63,882 nucleotides of DNA, filler included, from an uncultured Methanosarcinales archaeon (GCA_964434475.1; 32 parts of 32 records of this genome joined end to end with filler, not necessarily neighbours in it); one strand, 5' to 3'. Shown: positions 41,058 through 51,627, counted from the first letter of the whole stretch. Notes: generated from the letters alone by a model not told the origin. Numbers and translations: made by a program.

Positions 41058-41897
41058 ATGCTTATGCTAAAAAAGATTCAGATTCCTGAATTTGAAAGAA
41101 AAGAATATGTGAAAACTAAAGAGCTTATTGAACATAACAATCTGACAACTGTATGTATTGAGGCAAATTGTCCCAACAGATATGAATGCTTTTCAAAAAA
41201 GACTGCTACGTTTATGATACTGGGTGATACATGCACAAGAAACTGCCTTTATTGTAACATCAAAAGTGGTATGCCTGAAAAAGTTGATGATGATGAACCA
41301 GCAAGGATAGCAAAAGCAATCAAAAAGCTTAACTTGAAATATGCAGTTATAACTTGTGTTACAAGGGATGATTTAAATGATGGCGGAGCAGGACAATTCG
41401 TTAATACAATAAAAGAAATCAGAAAGCTAAATCCTAATTGCAAGATTGAAGTTCTAATTTCCGACCTTAAGGGAGATTGGAATTCGTTGAAAGAAATAAT
41501 TAATGCAAAGCCAGATGTATTAAACCACAACATCGAAACTGTAAAGGAATTGTTTCCCAGATTAAGACCAAAGGGTAATTATGAATTATCTATTCAATTA
41601 TTAAAGAAGGTAAAAGAATTTAATTTAAAACTAAAAATAAAATCAGGTTTTATGCTCGGCTTTGGAGAAGAAAAAAGTCAAGTTATTCAAACTATAATTG
41701 ATTTAAAAGATGCTGGGTGCAATATTGTTACAATCGGACAATATTTACAGCCAAGCAAAAAACATGCTGAAGTGAAAAAATATTATAGTCCTGAAGAATT
41801 CAAAGAAATTGAAAAAAAAGCAAGGCAAATTGGCGTAAAACATGTTGTTGCAGGCCCTTTGGTAAGAAGCTCTTATAAAGCAAGTGAGTGTATATGA
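41058..41897 (+). CDS. lipA: Lipoyl synthase
   Basis: CX4CX5C (CIEANCPNRYEC), CX3CX2C (CTRNCLYC), NHNIETV and VRSSY. Confidence 0.96.
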   Translation: MLMLKKIQIPEFERKEYVKTKELIEHNNLTTVCIEANCPNRYECFSKKTATFMILGDTCTRNCLYCNIKSGMPEKVDDDEPARIAKAIKKLNLKYAVITCVTRDDLNDGGAGQFVNTIKEIRKLNPNCKIEVLISDLKGDWNSLKEIINAKPDVLNHNIETVKELFPRLRPKGNYELSIQLLKKVKEFNLKLKIKSGFMLGFGEEKSQVIQTIIDLKDAGCNIVTIGQYLQPSKKHAEVKKYYSPEEFKEIEKKARQIGVKHVVAGPLVRSSYKASECI

Positions 41898-42519
41898 AGA
41901 TGGAAAAATACAGATTGTTGCCTTTAATTGAGGATGATTGCAAAATGCAGATGGCAATAGATGAAGCCATAACTCTTGCATGTTCAGAAGAAAGATCACT
42001 TCCTACTTTAAGATTTTATGTTTTTTCTTCTCCTGCAGTAACCTTGGGATATGGACAAAGAACAAGTAATTTTAATTTTGAAAAAGAAGGAAAAAAGTTT
42101 GATTATGTTAGAAGAATGACCGGCGGAACAGCTGTCTTGCATAAAAACGATCTGGTTTATTCATTAATACTGCCTGAAGAATCTCTGCCTCATAAAATAG
42201 TTGATGCTTATAACTATTTATCAGATGGTCTTGTTACAGGATTTAAAAAATTAGGCTTGAATGCTGAAAAAAAAAATTCAGAATCCAAAGAGAGAAAAGA
42301 CAGCTGTTATTTAAATTCAAATCCTTATGATGTTGTTGTGAATGGTAAGAAGATTTCAGGAAATGCTCAGGCAAGATTAAAGGGCATTGTATTGCAGCAT
42401 GGAACAATAATCATTGAAGATAATTTGAATGAACTCATTGATTGTATGTCTCTTAGTGAAGAAAAAAAAATAGAATTGATAAATAGGGCAAAGACTAAAG
42501 TTACCTGTGTTAAAAATGA
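41894..42519 (+). CDS. Lipoate-protein ligase / octanoyltransferase (LplA/LipM family), 3' truncated
   Basis: MAIDEAI, VRRMTGGTAVLH, GKKISGNAQ and LQHGT. Confidence 0.9.
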
Positions 42520-42650
42520 NNNNNNNNNNNNNNNNNNNNNNNNNNNNNNNNNNNNNNNNNNNNTTAATTAATTAANNNNNNNNNNNNNNNNNNNNNNNNN
42601 NNNNNNNNNNNNNNNNNNNCGTTGGAAGGCAATACAATAGCCGAGCAGGG

Positions 42651-43148
42651 CTACCCCCGAGACCGGTCGGCAAGAGCCAGAAGTTCGTCAAAGGCATAGC
42701 GGTAGCTCAGCTTTGACATCACTATCCGGTTCAGTCGCCGATTGACTACCGGTAACGAATGTCCCATTTCCAAAAGGTCGCATTTGACCTGGCAGACGAG
42801 CTGGTTCATCGACGCCAGCACTCGACGATCACCAGTCTTGCAGAAACTGACGGAATCCAAAGCCGAGGCAATCTTCGTATCAAATGTGCTCACGATACCA
42901 TCGAGCGCCATGTTATCGCGCAACGCATTCATACCCTGCTCTACGAACGCCTGCCCGTTAGGAACACCTTTGCCGGGGAAGACGACAGAATACAAGCTCG
43001 CTGAGTTAGTGAGAATAATACACTGCCAGCGCGATACCATGAACAGGTTAGCCGTCCAGTCTAGGAGCGGATTCTCGTGTGGTGGCAGCGCCGCGGCCGG
43101 AACAGCTTTGATCTTCTTGGCGAGTTTTTGTGTTATTCGAAATATCAT
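42651..43148 (-). CDS. DUF6933-like hypothetical protein
   Basis: TQKLAKK...LDWTANLF...KTGDRRVLASMN pattern. Confidence 0.55.
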   Translation of the reverse strand: MIFRITQKLAKKIKAVPAAALPPHENPLLDWTANLFMVSRWQCIILTNSASLYSVVFPGKGVPNGQAFVEQGMNALRDNMALDGIVSTFDTKIASALDSVSFCKTGDRRVLASMNQLVCQVKCDLLEMGHSLPVVNRRLNRIVMSKLSYRYAFDELLALADRSRG

Positions 43149-43210
43149 GAATCCTATTCATCTCTCGAGTCAGACGCGGTAGGCAGCATCGGTCAGGTGA
43201 TACGTCACTA

Positions 43211-43654
43211 CTATTTGAGAAACTCCGGATGATTCTCCTCGAACCAATTCCTCACTTGTTGGCTTAGCTCATCAGCAACTTTCATCGCCGCATCAGCCTC
43301 CGCATCTGAAATCATGTCGACCGAATCATAGGTTGCCGTATGGCGCATCTTTCTGATTTTGTGCAGAAGCTTGATCGTGTCAGCTTCAATCGAGGGCACC
43401 GTGTAAGTCAGCGAATCGATGGTTCGTTCGTGCTCGCGCTCACGTGCCGGCCGATACCCACAAGCATACAAGGCGGCCCTGGCGTACCGTAAAGCCGCTG
43501 TGTAGCCCATGTTGAGTCTCCATCCGGCGGCGATGCCTTCAATTTGCGCACTGCGGATGTCTTCCTCGGCGCTGTGCAACAGCGCCTGGATTTCTTCAGC
43601 GCTCGTTTCATGGCGGTGAAGCCAACGGTTATTCAGCCAGTCGTCTAAACTCAT
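43211..43654 (-). CDS. HEPN-domain toxin-like protein
   Basis: Helical, with RKMRHTATY (RX4Y HEPN variant); overlaps the upstream MNT gene. Confidence 0.7.
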   Translation of the reverse strand: MSLDDWLNNRWLHRHETSAEEIQALLHSAEEDIRSAQIEGIAAGWRLNMGYTAALRYARAALYACGYRPAREREHERTIDSLTYTVPSIEADTIKLLHKIRKMRHTATYDSVDMISDAEADAAMKVADELSQQVRNWFEENHPEFLK

Positions 43655-44234
43655 CCTCAGATCCAATTATGAATTCCTTCTCTGCATTGGCTACCGACCT
43701 GATGAAGTGATTCTTCTCTGACCACTTCTTCTTGAACTCTGCCGCCGAAAAGAGTGTGGGATTAATTTCGCGCCCAATTGCTTGCTCGACACTTGAAAGA
43801 GCGCTGACTAAATCATCAAGCCCGATATTACCAATGACAAACAGATCAAGGTCGCTGCTTGAAACCTCTTCGCCTCTGGCTAACGACCCATATACGAAAG
43901 CGACTCTGATTTGCCCCCCAGCCGGATCAAATGCTTCCCGGATCTGACCTATTACGCCATACGTCTTGAAAATGATATTTCGCAGGTCCCGGAATATGGG
44001 GTGCTTCCGATTGACAGCATAGAATTTCTGGCGACCCCGCTTCTCCGACAAAAGGATTTCCGCTTCAGTAAGGCTCTTTAGTTCGCGCTGAATTACGCCT
44101 TGCCTTGTGCCAGTCAATCGAACGACTTCAGAGAAGTAGTACTCCTGATCCGGATTAAGAAAGAACAACGCAAGAATTCTGCGTTTTGTCCCCGGAAAGA
44201 GAGCTGCCGATATGTCCTTCGTCTTCGTACCCAT
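43629..44234 (-). CDS. wHTH plus minimal nucleotidyltransferase (MNT) antitoxin
   Basis: YGSLARG...SDLDLFVIG with an N-terminal ArsR-like HTH. Confidence 0.88.
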   Translation of the reverse strand: MGTKTKDISAALFPGTKRRILALFFLNPDQEYYFSEVVRLTGTRQGVIQRELKSLTEAEILLSEKRGRQKFYAVNRKHPIFRDLRNIIFKTYGVIGQIREAFDPAGGQIRVAFVYGSLARGEEVSSSDLDLFVIGNIGLDDLVSALSSVEQAIGREINPTLFSAAEFKKKWSEKNHFIRSVANAEKEFIIGSEDEFRRLAE

Positions 44235-44585
44235 TTAGGGTATCAATGTACCCAAATTGAGTAAAGTCGTCAAGGCGAAACATGAGACTGCGGTACTGAG
44301 ATTCGATGGTCTAAATTACGGAAAGTACTGGGAGAGTGAGGTTTGCAACAATTTACAGGCTGTAATTTATTGATCCACAACAGGCTNNNNNNNNNNNNNN
44401 NNNNNNNNNNNNNNNNNNNNNNNNNNNNNNTTAATTAATTAANNNNNNNNNNNNNNNNNNNNNNNNNNNNNNNNNNNNNNNNNNNNAAGCATATAAGAAA
44501 TAATAAGTTATAAAAGAAAAAGCTATGAAAAGTGCAAGGAAATCAGTATATTATGGTATAAATATCATGCATTTAGAGGAAGAAA

Positions 44586-46121
44586 ATGATAAGATATACC
44601 AGCCAAAAACAACAGAAGATAGAAGAATTCTCAACGCCATTTGAACAGAAAATATCATCAGATAACCGCTGGGTAAAACTATCTAAGATAATCCCGTGGG
44701 ATAAATTAGCATCAATCTATAACAAAGCAATGACACCGGGTAAAGGTCGCCCTTGCATAGATAGCCGACGAATCATAGGAGCGATAATAATCAAACATAA
44801 GTTAAATCTAAGTGATGAGGAAACAGTACAACAAATATTAGAGAATGCATACCTGCAATATTTTCTGGGTTATACGAGCTATGAAGACAAACCAATATTT
44901 TCTCCCACACTATTTGTAGAGATACGCAAGCGTTTGGGAGAAGAAAGATTCAATGAGATGCACGATTGTATAATAGATATTGCTTTACAGACAAAACCAA
45001 AGAAGAAAAAGAAGATCAACAAAGGCAATAATAAAAATAATGAAAAAGACAACGATAAAAACAATAATAAACCAATTAACAAGAAACCCGGTGAATCAAA
45101 TTCAGAGGAACAAGAAGAACCCGAAAAGAAGGGTAAGCTATTGATGGACGCAACGGTAGCCGAACAGAGGATCAAATATCCGAATGACCTGGAACTTTTA
45201 AGTGATGCACGACGAATATGCGAGACGATCATAGACAAGCTATATCCATTAACAGGACTAACGGTCAAACCACGAACATACAGGAAAGTAGCACATAAGG
45301 AATTCCTCAAAGTAGCCAAACAAAAGAGTAAGAAATGTAAAGTTGTAAGAAAAGCCATAGGCAAGCAATTGAGTTACATTGCACGTGATTTTAAACATAT
45401 AGACAAGATGCTTGATATGATGGATCTCCAATATTTCCCTTTATCATATTGTTATCAGAAGCAGCTATGGAAAGTAAAAGAGATATTCCGACAACAAAAA
45501 GAGATGTATGATGAGAGGAAAAATAGATGTGATAACAGAATAGTCAGTATCAGTCAACCACATGTACGCCCGATAGTAAGAGGAAAGACAGGCAAAAAAA
45601 CGGAATTTGGATCAAAAATAGGAACGAGCATGATAGATGGATATGCCATACCTGAGCATATCAGTTGGGATGCATACAACGAATCATCAGATTTGATAAT
45701 GCATGTGGAAAATTATCTGAAGCGATTTGGTTTTTATCCTGAAGTAGTGATAGCCGATAATATTTATGGGACGAAGAAGAACAGGGATTATATGAAAGCA
45801 AAAGGAATAAGATTCAGTGGAAAACCATTAGGAAGACCAAAGAAGATGACTGAGGAGAACAAAGAAGAGATCAAAGAGGAAAGAAGACAAAGAAAACAGG
45901 AATACAGAGAGCGAATACCGATAGAAGGCAAGTTTGGGCAAGGCAAAAATGGATATAATCTGAACATTATCAAAGCAAAACTTCAAGACACATCTGAAAG
46001 TTGGATCAATTCGATATTCTTCGTAATGAATTTAATCAATATGTACGCTAAAAAAATTAACTCTTTTTTTTCTTACCTTATTTTTGCCAGAAATGATATT
46101 ATATCTTCTTGTTTTTCCTAA
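44586..46121 (+). CDS. IS5-family transposase
   Basis: NRWVKL..IPW, ENAYLQYFLG, MDATVAEQ.IKYPND, ADNIYG and RIPIEGKFGQGK. Confidence 0.92.
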   Translation: MIRYTSQKQQKIEEFSTPFEQKISSDNRWVKLSKIIPWDKLASIYNKAMTPGKGRPCIDSRRIIGAIIIKHKLNLSDEETVQQILENAYLQYFLGYTSYEDKPIFSPTLFVEIRKRLGEERFNEMHDCIIDIALQTKPKKKKKINKGNNKNNEKDNDKNNNKPINKKPGESNSEEQEEPEKKGKLLMDATVAEQRIKYPNDLELLSDARRICETIIDKLYPLTGLTVKPRTYRKVAHKEFLKVAKQKSKKCKVVRKAIGKQLSYIARDFKHIDKMLDMMDLQYFPLSYCYQKQLWKVKEIFRQQKEMYDERKNRCDNRIVSISQPHVRPIVRGKTGKKTEFGSKIGTSMIDGYAIPEHISWDAYNESSDLIMHVENYLKRFGFYPEVVIADNIYGTKKNRDYMKAKGIRFSGKPLGRPKKMTEENKEEIKEERRQRKQEYRERIPIEGKFGQGKNGYNLNIIKAKLQDTSESWINSIFFVMNLINMYAKKINSFFSYLIFARNDIISSCFS

Positions 46122-46594
46122 TGATCTCTGTTTTCTGCTTTTTTTCTAAATTGTTTTTGAGGATACTCTATTTACGAAACACAAGACAAAAGAAAAGCTG
46201 TAAAATTATTTATTAATTGGATTAATAAGACAGAAGAGCTATGTATAGAAAANNNNNNNNNNNNNNNNNNNNNNNNNNNNNNNNNNNNNNNNNNNNTTAA
46301 TTAATTAANNNNNNNNNNNNNNNNNNNNNNNNNNNNNNNNNNNNNNNNNNNNCTCGCTCGGTTTTCATAATAATTCTAAAGAGTTGGTAAATCGCCAGTA
46401 CCAGCCTATACCTTTCAATAAAGGCTTCACTTCGAAGCAAACATCCACCCTGGTTTTTCGACCGCAGCAGTTGACGATTCAGTTAAAACAATCCAACCTG
46501 AGGGGCGGGAAGCACTTAACCTGCTGCCCGTGTCCCCCGCCCGATAACGGGGTTATACAGGGATGATACATTAATCCACTTTAAGGAGTTGAAA

Positions 46595-47053
46595 ATGATG
46601 AACGCAATCTTCCATACCGGCATCACCGTCGCCAACCTCGACCGGTCTCTTCCCTTTTACCGCGACAAACTCGGTTTCAAGCTGGTGACCGGTCCCACTG
46701 ATATCTTCGAAGGAGAACAGCTGGAGAAAGGATTAGGAGTGCCGGGAGCTAAACTCAGGTTGGCGATATTTGAAATCGGTGATGGTTCTCTCGAACTGCT
46801 CGAATACCAAACCCCGCCTTCTCCGGTCGATACGCCTTTGCCCCCCAACGGACTTGGATCCATGCATGTGGCGTTTCGTGTGGACAATGCTGTCCAGAAA
46901 ATGAAGGAACTCGAAGCCAAAGGCATCCGCTTCCTGTCTGATCTTAACGTGGTTGATGAAGGACCGCTGGCCGGTTGGAAGTGGGTTTATTTCAAAGATC
47001 CTGATGGGATCACCCTGGAAATTGTAGAATACAATCCACCGACGTCAGCTTAA
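46595..47053 (+). CDS. VOC/glyoxalase-family protein
   Basis: HTGITV..LDRS..FY, HVAFRV and YFKDPDGITLE. Confidence 0.9.
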   Translation: MMNAIFHTGITVANLDRSLPFYRDKLGFKLVTGPTDIFEGEQLEKGLGVPGAKLRLAIFEIGDGSLELLEYQTPPSPVDTPLPPNGLGSMHVAFRVDNAVQKMKELEAKGIRFLSDLNVVDEGPLAGWKWVYFKDPDGITLEIVEYNPPTSA

Positions 47054-47174
47054 AAGGCTCATAAAAAGCTTTTTTCCGTAAAACATTCTTCAACTGGCTG
47101 TTTTCGCTTTTTCCAGAAATTAAGTGATCAAAGCCGCTTCACCGAATCAAAATATCACCACCTCCACCGAAAAA

Positions 47175-47615
47175 ATGAACGTTCTCTGGCATCACGTGGC
47201 CATTGCCTGCAAAAGCATGACGGTCATGCGGGACTTTTATACGGACGTTTTAAACTTCAACATCGAATGGGAATTCGAGCATTATTCCGGAGAGCATTTC
47301 TCCAACGTCGTCGGTATGTCGAATGCCGACGCCCACGTGGTCATGCTTTCCGGACATAACGGGCGAATCGAACTCTTCCAATACCACCGTCCCCGAGGGG
47401 AAACCGCCAAGCATATCCGCCAGTGTGATTTTCGCATCACCCATTTTGCCCTGGCCGTAACCGATATCCATCAGCACTACCAAAAACTGGCACAAAAAGG
47501 TGTTCCATTCAACTGCCCCCCCCAGGAACTGCGGCCCGGAGTCTGGGCCACATACTTAAAAGACCCTGAGCGAAACACCATCGAACTAATCGAATACCTT
47601 GATTCATCCGGATAA
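47175..47615 (+). CDS. VOC/glyoxalase-family protein
   Basis: HHVAI...FY, THFALAV and YLKDPERNTIELIE. Confidence 0.88.
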   Translation: MNVLWHHVAIACKSMTVMRDFYTDVLNFNIEWEFEHYSGEHFSNVVGMSNADAHVVMLSGHNGRIELFQYHRPRGETAKHIRQCDFRITHFALAVTDIHQHYQKLAQKGVPFNCPPQELRPGVWATYLKDPERNTIELIEYLDSSG

Positions 47616-47720
47616 TACCTGCGGATGGATATCGATTCATCCGCCAGCAGAACGGTCAAAACTAATCAGATTGGGTAGAACCAGGCAGGTAGGTTGGTTG
47701 GTTGGAGCCAAGCAGATAGG

Positions 47721-48111
47721 TTAAAACCAAGGTGGCGTAATCGCCCAGATGACGATGGCTTTTTCATCACCGGGGTTTTCCCATTGATGTTTTTGATAGG
47801 CCTTGAACCAAACCGTATCCCCTTCGCTCATGTCGTAAGTCTCTTCACCCACATAGACCCTGAAGCGGCCCTTGATGACATAACAGCACTCTTCCCCGTC
47901 ATGAGAGAGCCACGACCCACCGCTGGCCTTCGGTTCCACCTCCTGGTGCAATAATTCAAGGTTCTTCTCGGCGATCATCGGTGTCAGATAATGGTAAATC
48001 GCTTTGGACCCCTTCACATCCAGTGATTTGCGTCGGTCTTTGGCGATGAAAGCGGCCTCTGTTCCAGCGCCGATTTCTTTGATTTCCTCGTCAGACAATC
48101 CCACCTCCTGA
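47721..48111 (-). CDS. Cupin domain of an XRE-cupin regulator (5' truncated)
   Basis: HDGEECCYVIKG...GDTVWF...H.WEN...WAITPPWF. Confidence 0.85.
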
Positions 48112-48211
48112 NNNNNNNNNNNNNNNNNNNNNNNNNNNNNNNNNNNNNNNNNNNNTTAATTAATTAANNNNNNNNNNNNNNNNNNNNNNNNNNNNNNNNN
48201 NNNNNNNNNNN

Positions 48212-48261
48212 ATCAAGTAGATATATAGAGTTTACGTTTTTGCTAATTTTGCAAAGTTCCC
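48212..48261 (+). mobile_element. End B of the multicopy archaeal IS
   Basis: Identical to the copies at 51873 and 55427. Ends AATTTTGCAAAGTTCCC, the inverted repeat of end A. Confidence 0.8.
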
Positions 48262-48379
48262 TATAGAAATTAGTATCATTATAAGTCGGAAATATGTTTG
48301 CATCAAGTATAGTGATTTTTTCAGCCATAAAAATCCTAAAATGTAATATGTATATAAAAATAACTGAAATATTAAGACA

Positions 48380-48988
48380 TTAACACCTTTTTTTGAATAT
48401 GCATATATTTTTATTATTCAAGAATATGATTTCCATATTAAACATATCTGCAAGAATTTTCATTGTTTTATGTGTAAAAAATCCTATGTGAGTGATATCT
48501 TTTCTATAACGCCAATTCTTAAAATCTTCTGGAATAAAAGAAGTCATTATGGCTATAGTTCCTTTTGGATTGAGTATTCTTGTTAATATTTCCATAACAG
48601 AGACAGGATCCTTAAGGTGCTCAAAAACTTCAGTTGATGTAATGATATCATATTTCTTGTTTTCAAAAGAATTATCTTGTGCAAAGTATATATCAAATAT
48701 ATCTACATCATATCCTTGCTTCTTGAGCAATTCCGCCAATACAGGATTTGGTCCTGAACCAAAATCAAGACATCTATTTTTTTTAGGCAGAAGTGCTATA
48801 AAATCTTCAAACATTTCAACATACCCTTTGTTTTCAAGCGTGTTATTATGTTGAAGATATCTTGCTTTCTCTTGTTCAGGCGTAGGAATATTATTCGTGA
48901 ATATATATCCGCAATAAACGCATCTGAAATACGTTTGATTATCTATAATTTCTTCAGAAGTATCTGATTGACATATTTTACATAGCAT
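48380..48988 (-). CDS. Class I SAM-dependent methyltransferase with N-terminal zinc ribbon
   Basis: CKIC...CVYC, LDFGSGP and TEVFEH. Confidence 0.88.
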   Translation of the reverse strand: MLCKICQSDTSEEIIDNQTYFRCVYCGYIFTNNIPTPEQEKARYLQHNNTLENKGYVEMFEDFIALLPKKNRCLDFGSGPNPVLAELLKKQGYDVDIFDIYFAQDNSFENKKYDIITSTEVFEHLKDPVSVMEILTRILNPKGTIAIMTSFIPEDFKNWRYRKDITHIGFFTHKTMKILADMFNMEIIFLNNKNICIFKKRC

Positions 48989-49035
48989 ACAGTAAAAGAA
49001 GCATTAGTTGTATTAAAATGTTTTTGGAAATAAAA

Positions 49036-49204
49036 CGCCACGGCCCAGACTTTCTCACTGACGTTCAAAGCATTACTGCTTCAGGCGCCAATATTTGAAC
49101 TGGGATACCCCGAAGGGAACTAGCTGACTTGCATATGCAAGCAAGTAGATATCCTTATTGCTTTGCCTCAAGGCTAGCGCAATACCAGGTTATGCGACCG
49201 TGGC
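49036..49204 (-). tRNA. Archaeal tRNA-Ser(UGA) with two introns (37/38 at 49126-49166; T-loop 59/60 at about 49050-49093)
   Basis: Acceptor GCCACGG/CCGTGGC with G73, anticodon stem CTAGC/GCTAG with loop CT-TGA-G|A, long variable arm and T arm CCCAG-TTCAAA|T-CTGGG. The anticodon intron has a strict BHB (CTTG/CAAG). Confidence 0.9.
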
Positions 49205-49282
49205 ATGAATGAACTTAAGGTCATAAGTTCTATTTATAAATTTAACGGAAGTTTTTAAATTCAAACAAGCATTTCTAATACT

Positions 49283-49909
49283 ATGACTCTAAACAAAGAA
49301 AATATTTTATATTTGGCTGACGAAGCATTAACTTCGACTAATGTTAATAAACTTGACAACATCATTAACTCAAGAAATGCTATATATGATACTTCTCATC
49401 TTAATAAGATAACTAAGACAGGTCTTGAAACACCTGTAAATGCAATTTTGGCATATAGTTTAATTAAGGTTATGAATCTTGGTATTGATAAATTTTTTGA
49501 CATAAACAAAAAACAAGAATATGAATTTCAAACATCTAAATTTAGTAAATTTTTGCAATCTTATTTTCATAAAAAGGGCACAGCTTCATATTTTTGCGAT
49601 ATGAAATACGATAATGTTTAGTTTGAGATAAAACAACAAGATAATATCTCTAAAACTGATTATATGATAGATATAGCAAAGCTTGTCTTTCAGGTCAATC
49701 ATAATAAGGACAGTAATGCAGTAGCTGTACATTATCAGTCTTATCCAGATCCTAAGTCTGCAAGAGACAAAAAAGTATTATCGCATCATAAACAAATGTG
49801 CAAATATTTTGATTCAAAAGGTAACATGCCTGATGTATCTTACTCTTATATAAAAGGACCTAGTGATAGATTTATAAGATTGTGTTTTATAGGCAAATTT
49901 CAATTGTGA
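49283..49909 (+). pseudogene. Hypothetical protein split by an in-frame TAG (49619-49621)
   Basis: ORFs 49283..49621 and 49664..49909 share a frame, with 14 sense codons between them. Confidence 0.5.
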
Positions 49910-50053
49910 AATTCGATAATTCTGCAAAATTTATTTGATCAAGTTGGTTTATANNNNNNNNNNNNNNNNNNNNNNNNNNNNNNNNNNNNNNNNNNNNTTA
50001 ATTAATTAANNNNNNNNNNNNNNNNNNNNNNNNNNNNNNNNNNNNNNNNNNNN

Positions 50054-51112
50054 ATCGTAGACAACAGCCGAAAAGACGACCTGATCCAGAAAATATTCCG
50101 CCAGATCCGAAAATACGGGACCGGCCTTATCATCATCGACCAGACCCCATCGCTTATCCCGAACCCTGTATTTGAAAACCTCTATACCAAAATTTCCTTT
50201 TCCTTGAACCACCAGCAAAATGTGCGGGCCGTGGCAAATGCCATGAACATGACCTTTGATGAGCAGCGGTTTATCGGGATGCTAAAAACCGGCCAGGCCA
50301 TCTGCCGATTGATGGGAAGATATCAATACCCTTTTCTGGTGGAAGTGCCCTTTACCCAAAGCGCCTTGAACGTTTCCGATGAGGCGATAAAAGAACGTAT
50401 GAAGCCGTTTTACGAGATTTACAGCCCGAATAACCTTCAGATGGCTGAAATAAAACCGCTTCGCACCCCTACACATCGGTTTACTCCCTCCCCCCTTGAC
50501 CGGATTTTCCTTGAAGATCTCATCAATCACCCCCTTGAAGGTGCCCACAAGCGGGCCAAAAAGCTCGGCCTTACGCCAAGAGACGCGGCAAGAATACAAG
50601 AGAACCTGGTCGAGCACGGGATCATCACGCCGGTGATAGTGGACAGGAAAAAGCTATTCGAGGTGACCCGAAAAGGCGCCGATGCCCTTCATAAGATCGG
50701 ACTCGATGCAAACCAGGATGGAAACACGAGCCTGGAACACCGGTACGCTTCGGAACAGATCAAGCAGGCATTCATCCAGGCAGGCTGGTTTGCGTACAAA
50801 GAAAAATCAGACATCGACCTGGTGCTGGAAAAGGATGGAAGCACGATTGCCGTCGAGATCGAAACCGGCCGCAACAATAAAGATCAATTTGAAAAAAATA
50901 TCGACAAGCTTTCCCGGTACCGGGCAGATTCAAAGTATATCGTTGCCACAAACGAGATCGCACTCGATAGGGCAAAAACCTCCCTTTCAAAATCAAGAGA
51001 CCTGCATCCCGATTCCATCCGGGTGTCCCTGGCCCGGGACCTCCTGAAATCCCTCCCCATCGCTTCACGCTCACACCCAAGAAAAACCACTACTGTGAAT
51101 AACCAACCATAG
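50054..51112 (+). CDS. HerA/VirB4-like ATPase C-terminus plus wHTH and PD-(D/E)XK-like domain (5' truncated)
   Basis: RQIRKYGTGLIIIDQTPS, followed later by IDLVLE...IAVEIETG. Confidence 0.7.
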   Translation: MVDNSRKDDLIQKIFRQIRKYGTGLIIIDQTPSLIPNPVFENLYTKISFSLNHQQNVRAVANAMNMTFDEQRFIGMLKTGQAICRLMGRYQYPFLVEVPFTQSALNVSDEAIKERMKPFYEIYSPNNLQMAEIKPLRTPTHRFTPSPLDRIFLEDLINHPLEGAHKRAKKLGLTPRDAARIQENLVEHGIITPVIVDRKKLFEVTRKGADALHKIGLDANQDGNTSLEHRYASEQIKQAFIQAGWFAYKEKSDIDLVLEKDGSTIAVEIETGRNNKDQFEKNIDKLSRYRADSKYIVATNEIALDRAKTSLSKSRDLHPDSIRVSLARDLLKSLPIASRSHPRKTTTVNNQP

Positions 51113-51185
51113 CGAAAGGAACAGCCGGCTTTTCAACAACTCACGGCAGAAGACCATTACAGTGACTTTGGAGCCATTTGTATGA

Positions 51186-51212
51186 CCGCCTCCGTCGGGA
51201 GGCGGGTTTTAT
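51186..51212 (+). terminator. Intrinsic terminator-like hairpin
   Basis: CCGCCTCC-GTCG-GGAGGCGG followed by GTTTTATTT. Confidence 0.65.
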
Positions 51213-51300
51213 TTAGATATACCTACGTCTGATTTTCTTCCGGCAAAAACCTTAATTTTTTCTCGATTTCAAAGACTTTATACAGAAAGGAGGTGATGGT

Positions 51301-51627
51301 ATGGCCATCAATTTTTTCGAAAAGGAAGTACGTTCTGCGCAACAGAAGTTCAACCAGACGTTCGGCATGCTCACCGTTTGCGATCTCAAGCTGAGGCAGG
51401 CCGCGATTGTTTCAATCTGTCTGCTGGGAAACCTTAGCAAAAAAATCGATGTATCGAAAAACAAACAGGAGGCCCGCGAAGAAATCAAAAAATTCATGAG
51501 GATTCGGGCCGCGCTGAGCAAAGTTTTTGGAGAGATCGGAAACCACTTAAAAGAAAGGAGGGCTTATGGCGATTCAGTTGACCAAACAGAGGGCTTTTCA
51601 AACAAAAAAAGCGGCACCGGAGGATAG
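51301..51627 (+). CDS. Hypothetical protein
   Basis: Strong AAGGAGGTGA RBS before the ATG. Confidence 0.65.
   Translation: MAINFFEKEVRSAQQKFNQTFGMLTVCDLKLRQAAIVSICLLGNLSKKIDVSKNKQEAREEIKKFMRIRAALSKVFGEIGNHLKERRAYGDSVDQTEGFSNKKSGTGG

Noticed and set aside
42620..44386. Integron cassette boundaries around the MNT-HEPN genes
   Set aside because: Only short CCAAC/GTTG-like motifs occur at the contig ends, too little to call attC.
51113..51185. Riboswitch or ncRNA upstream of the terminator hairpin
   Set aside because: No recognisable aptamer consensus; only the terminator stem is supported.
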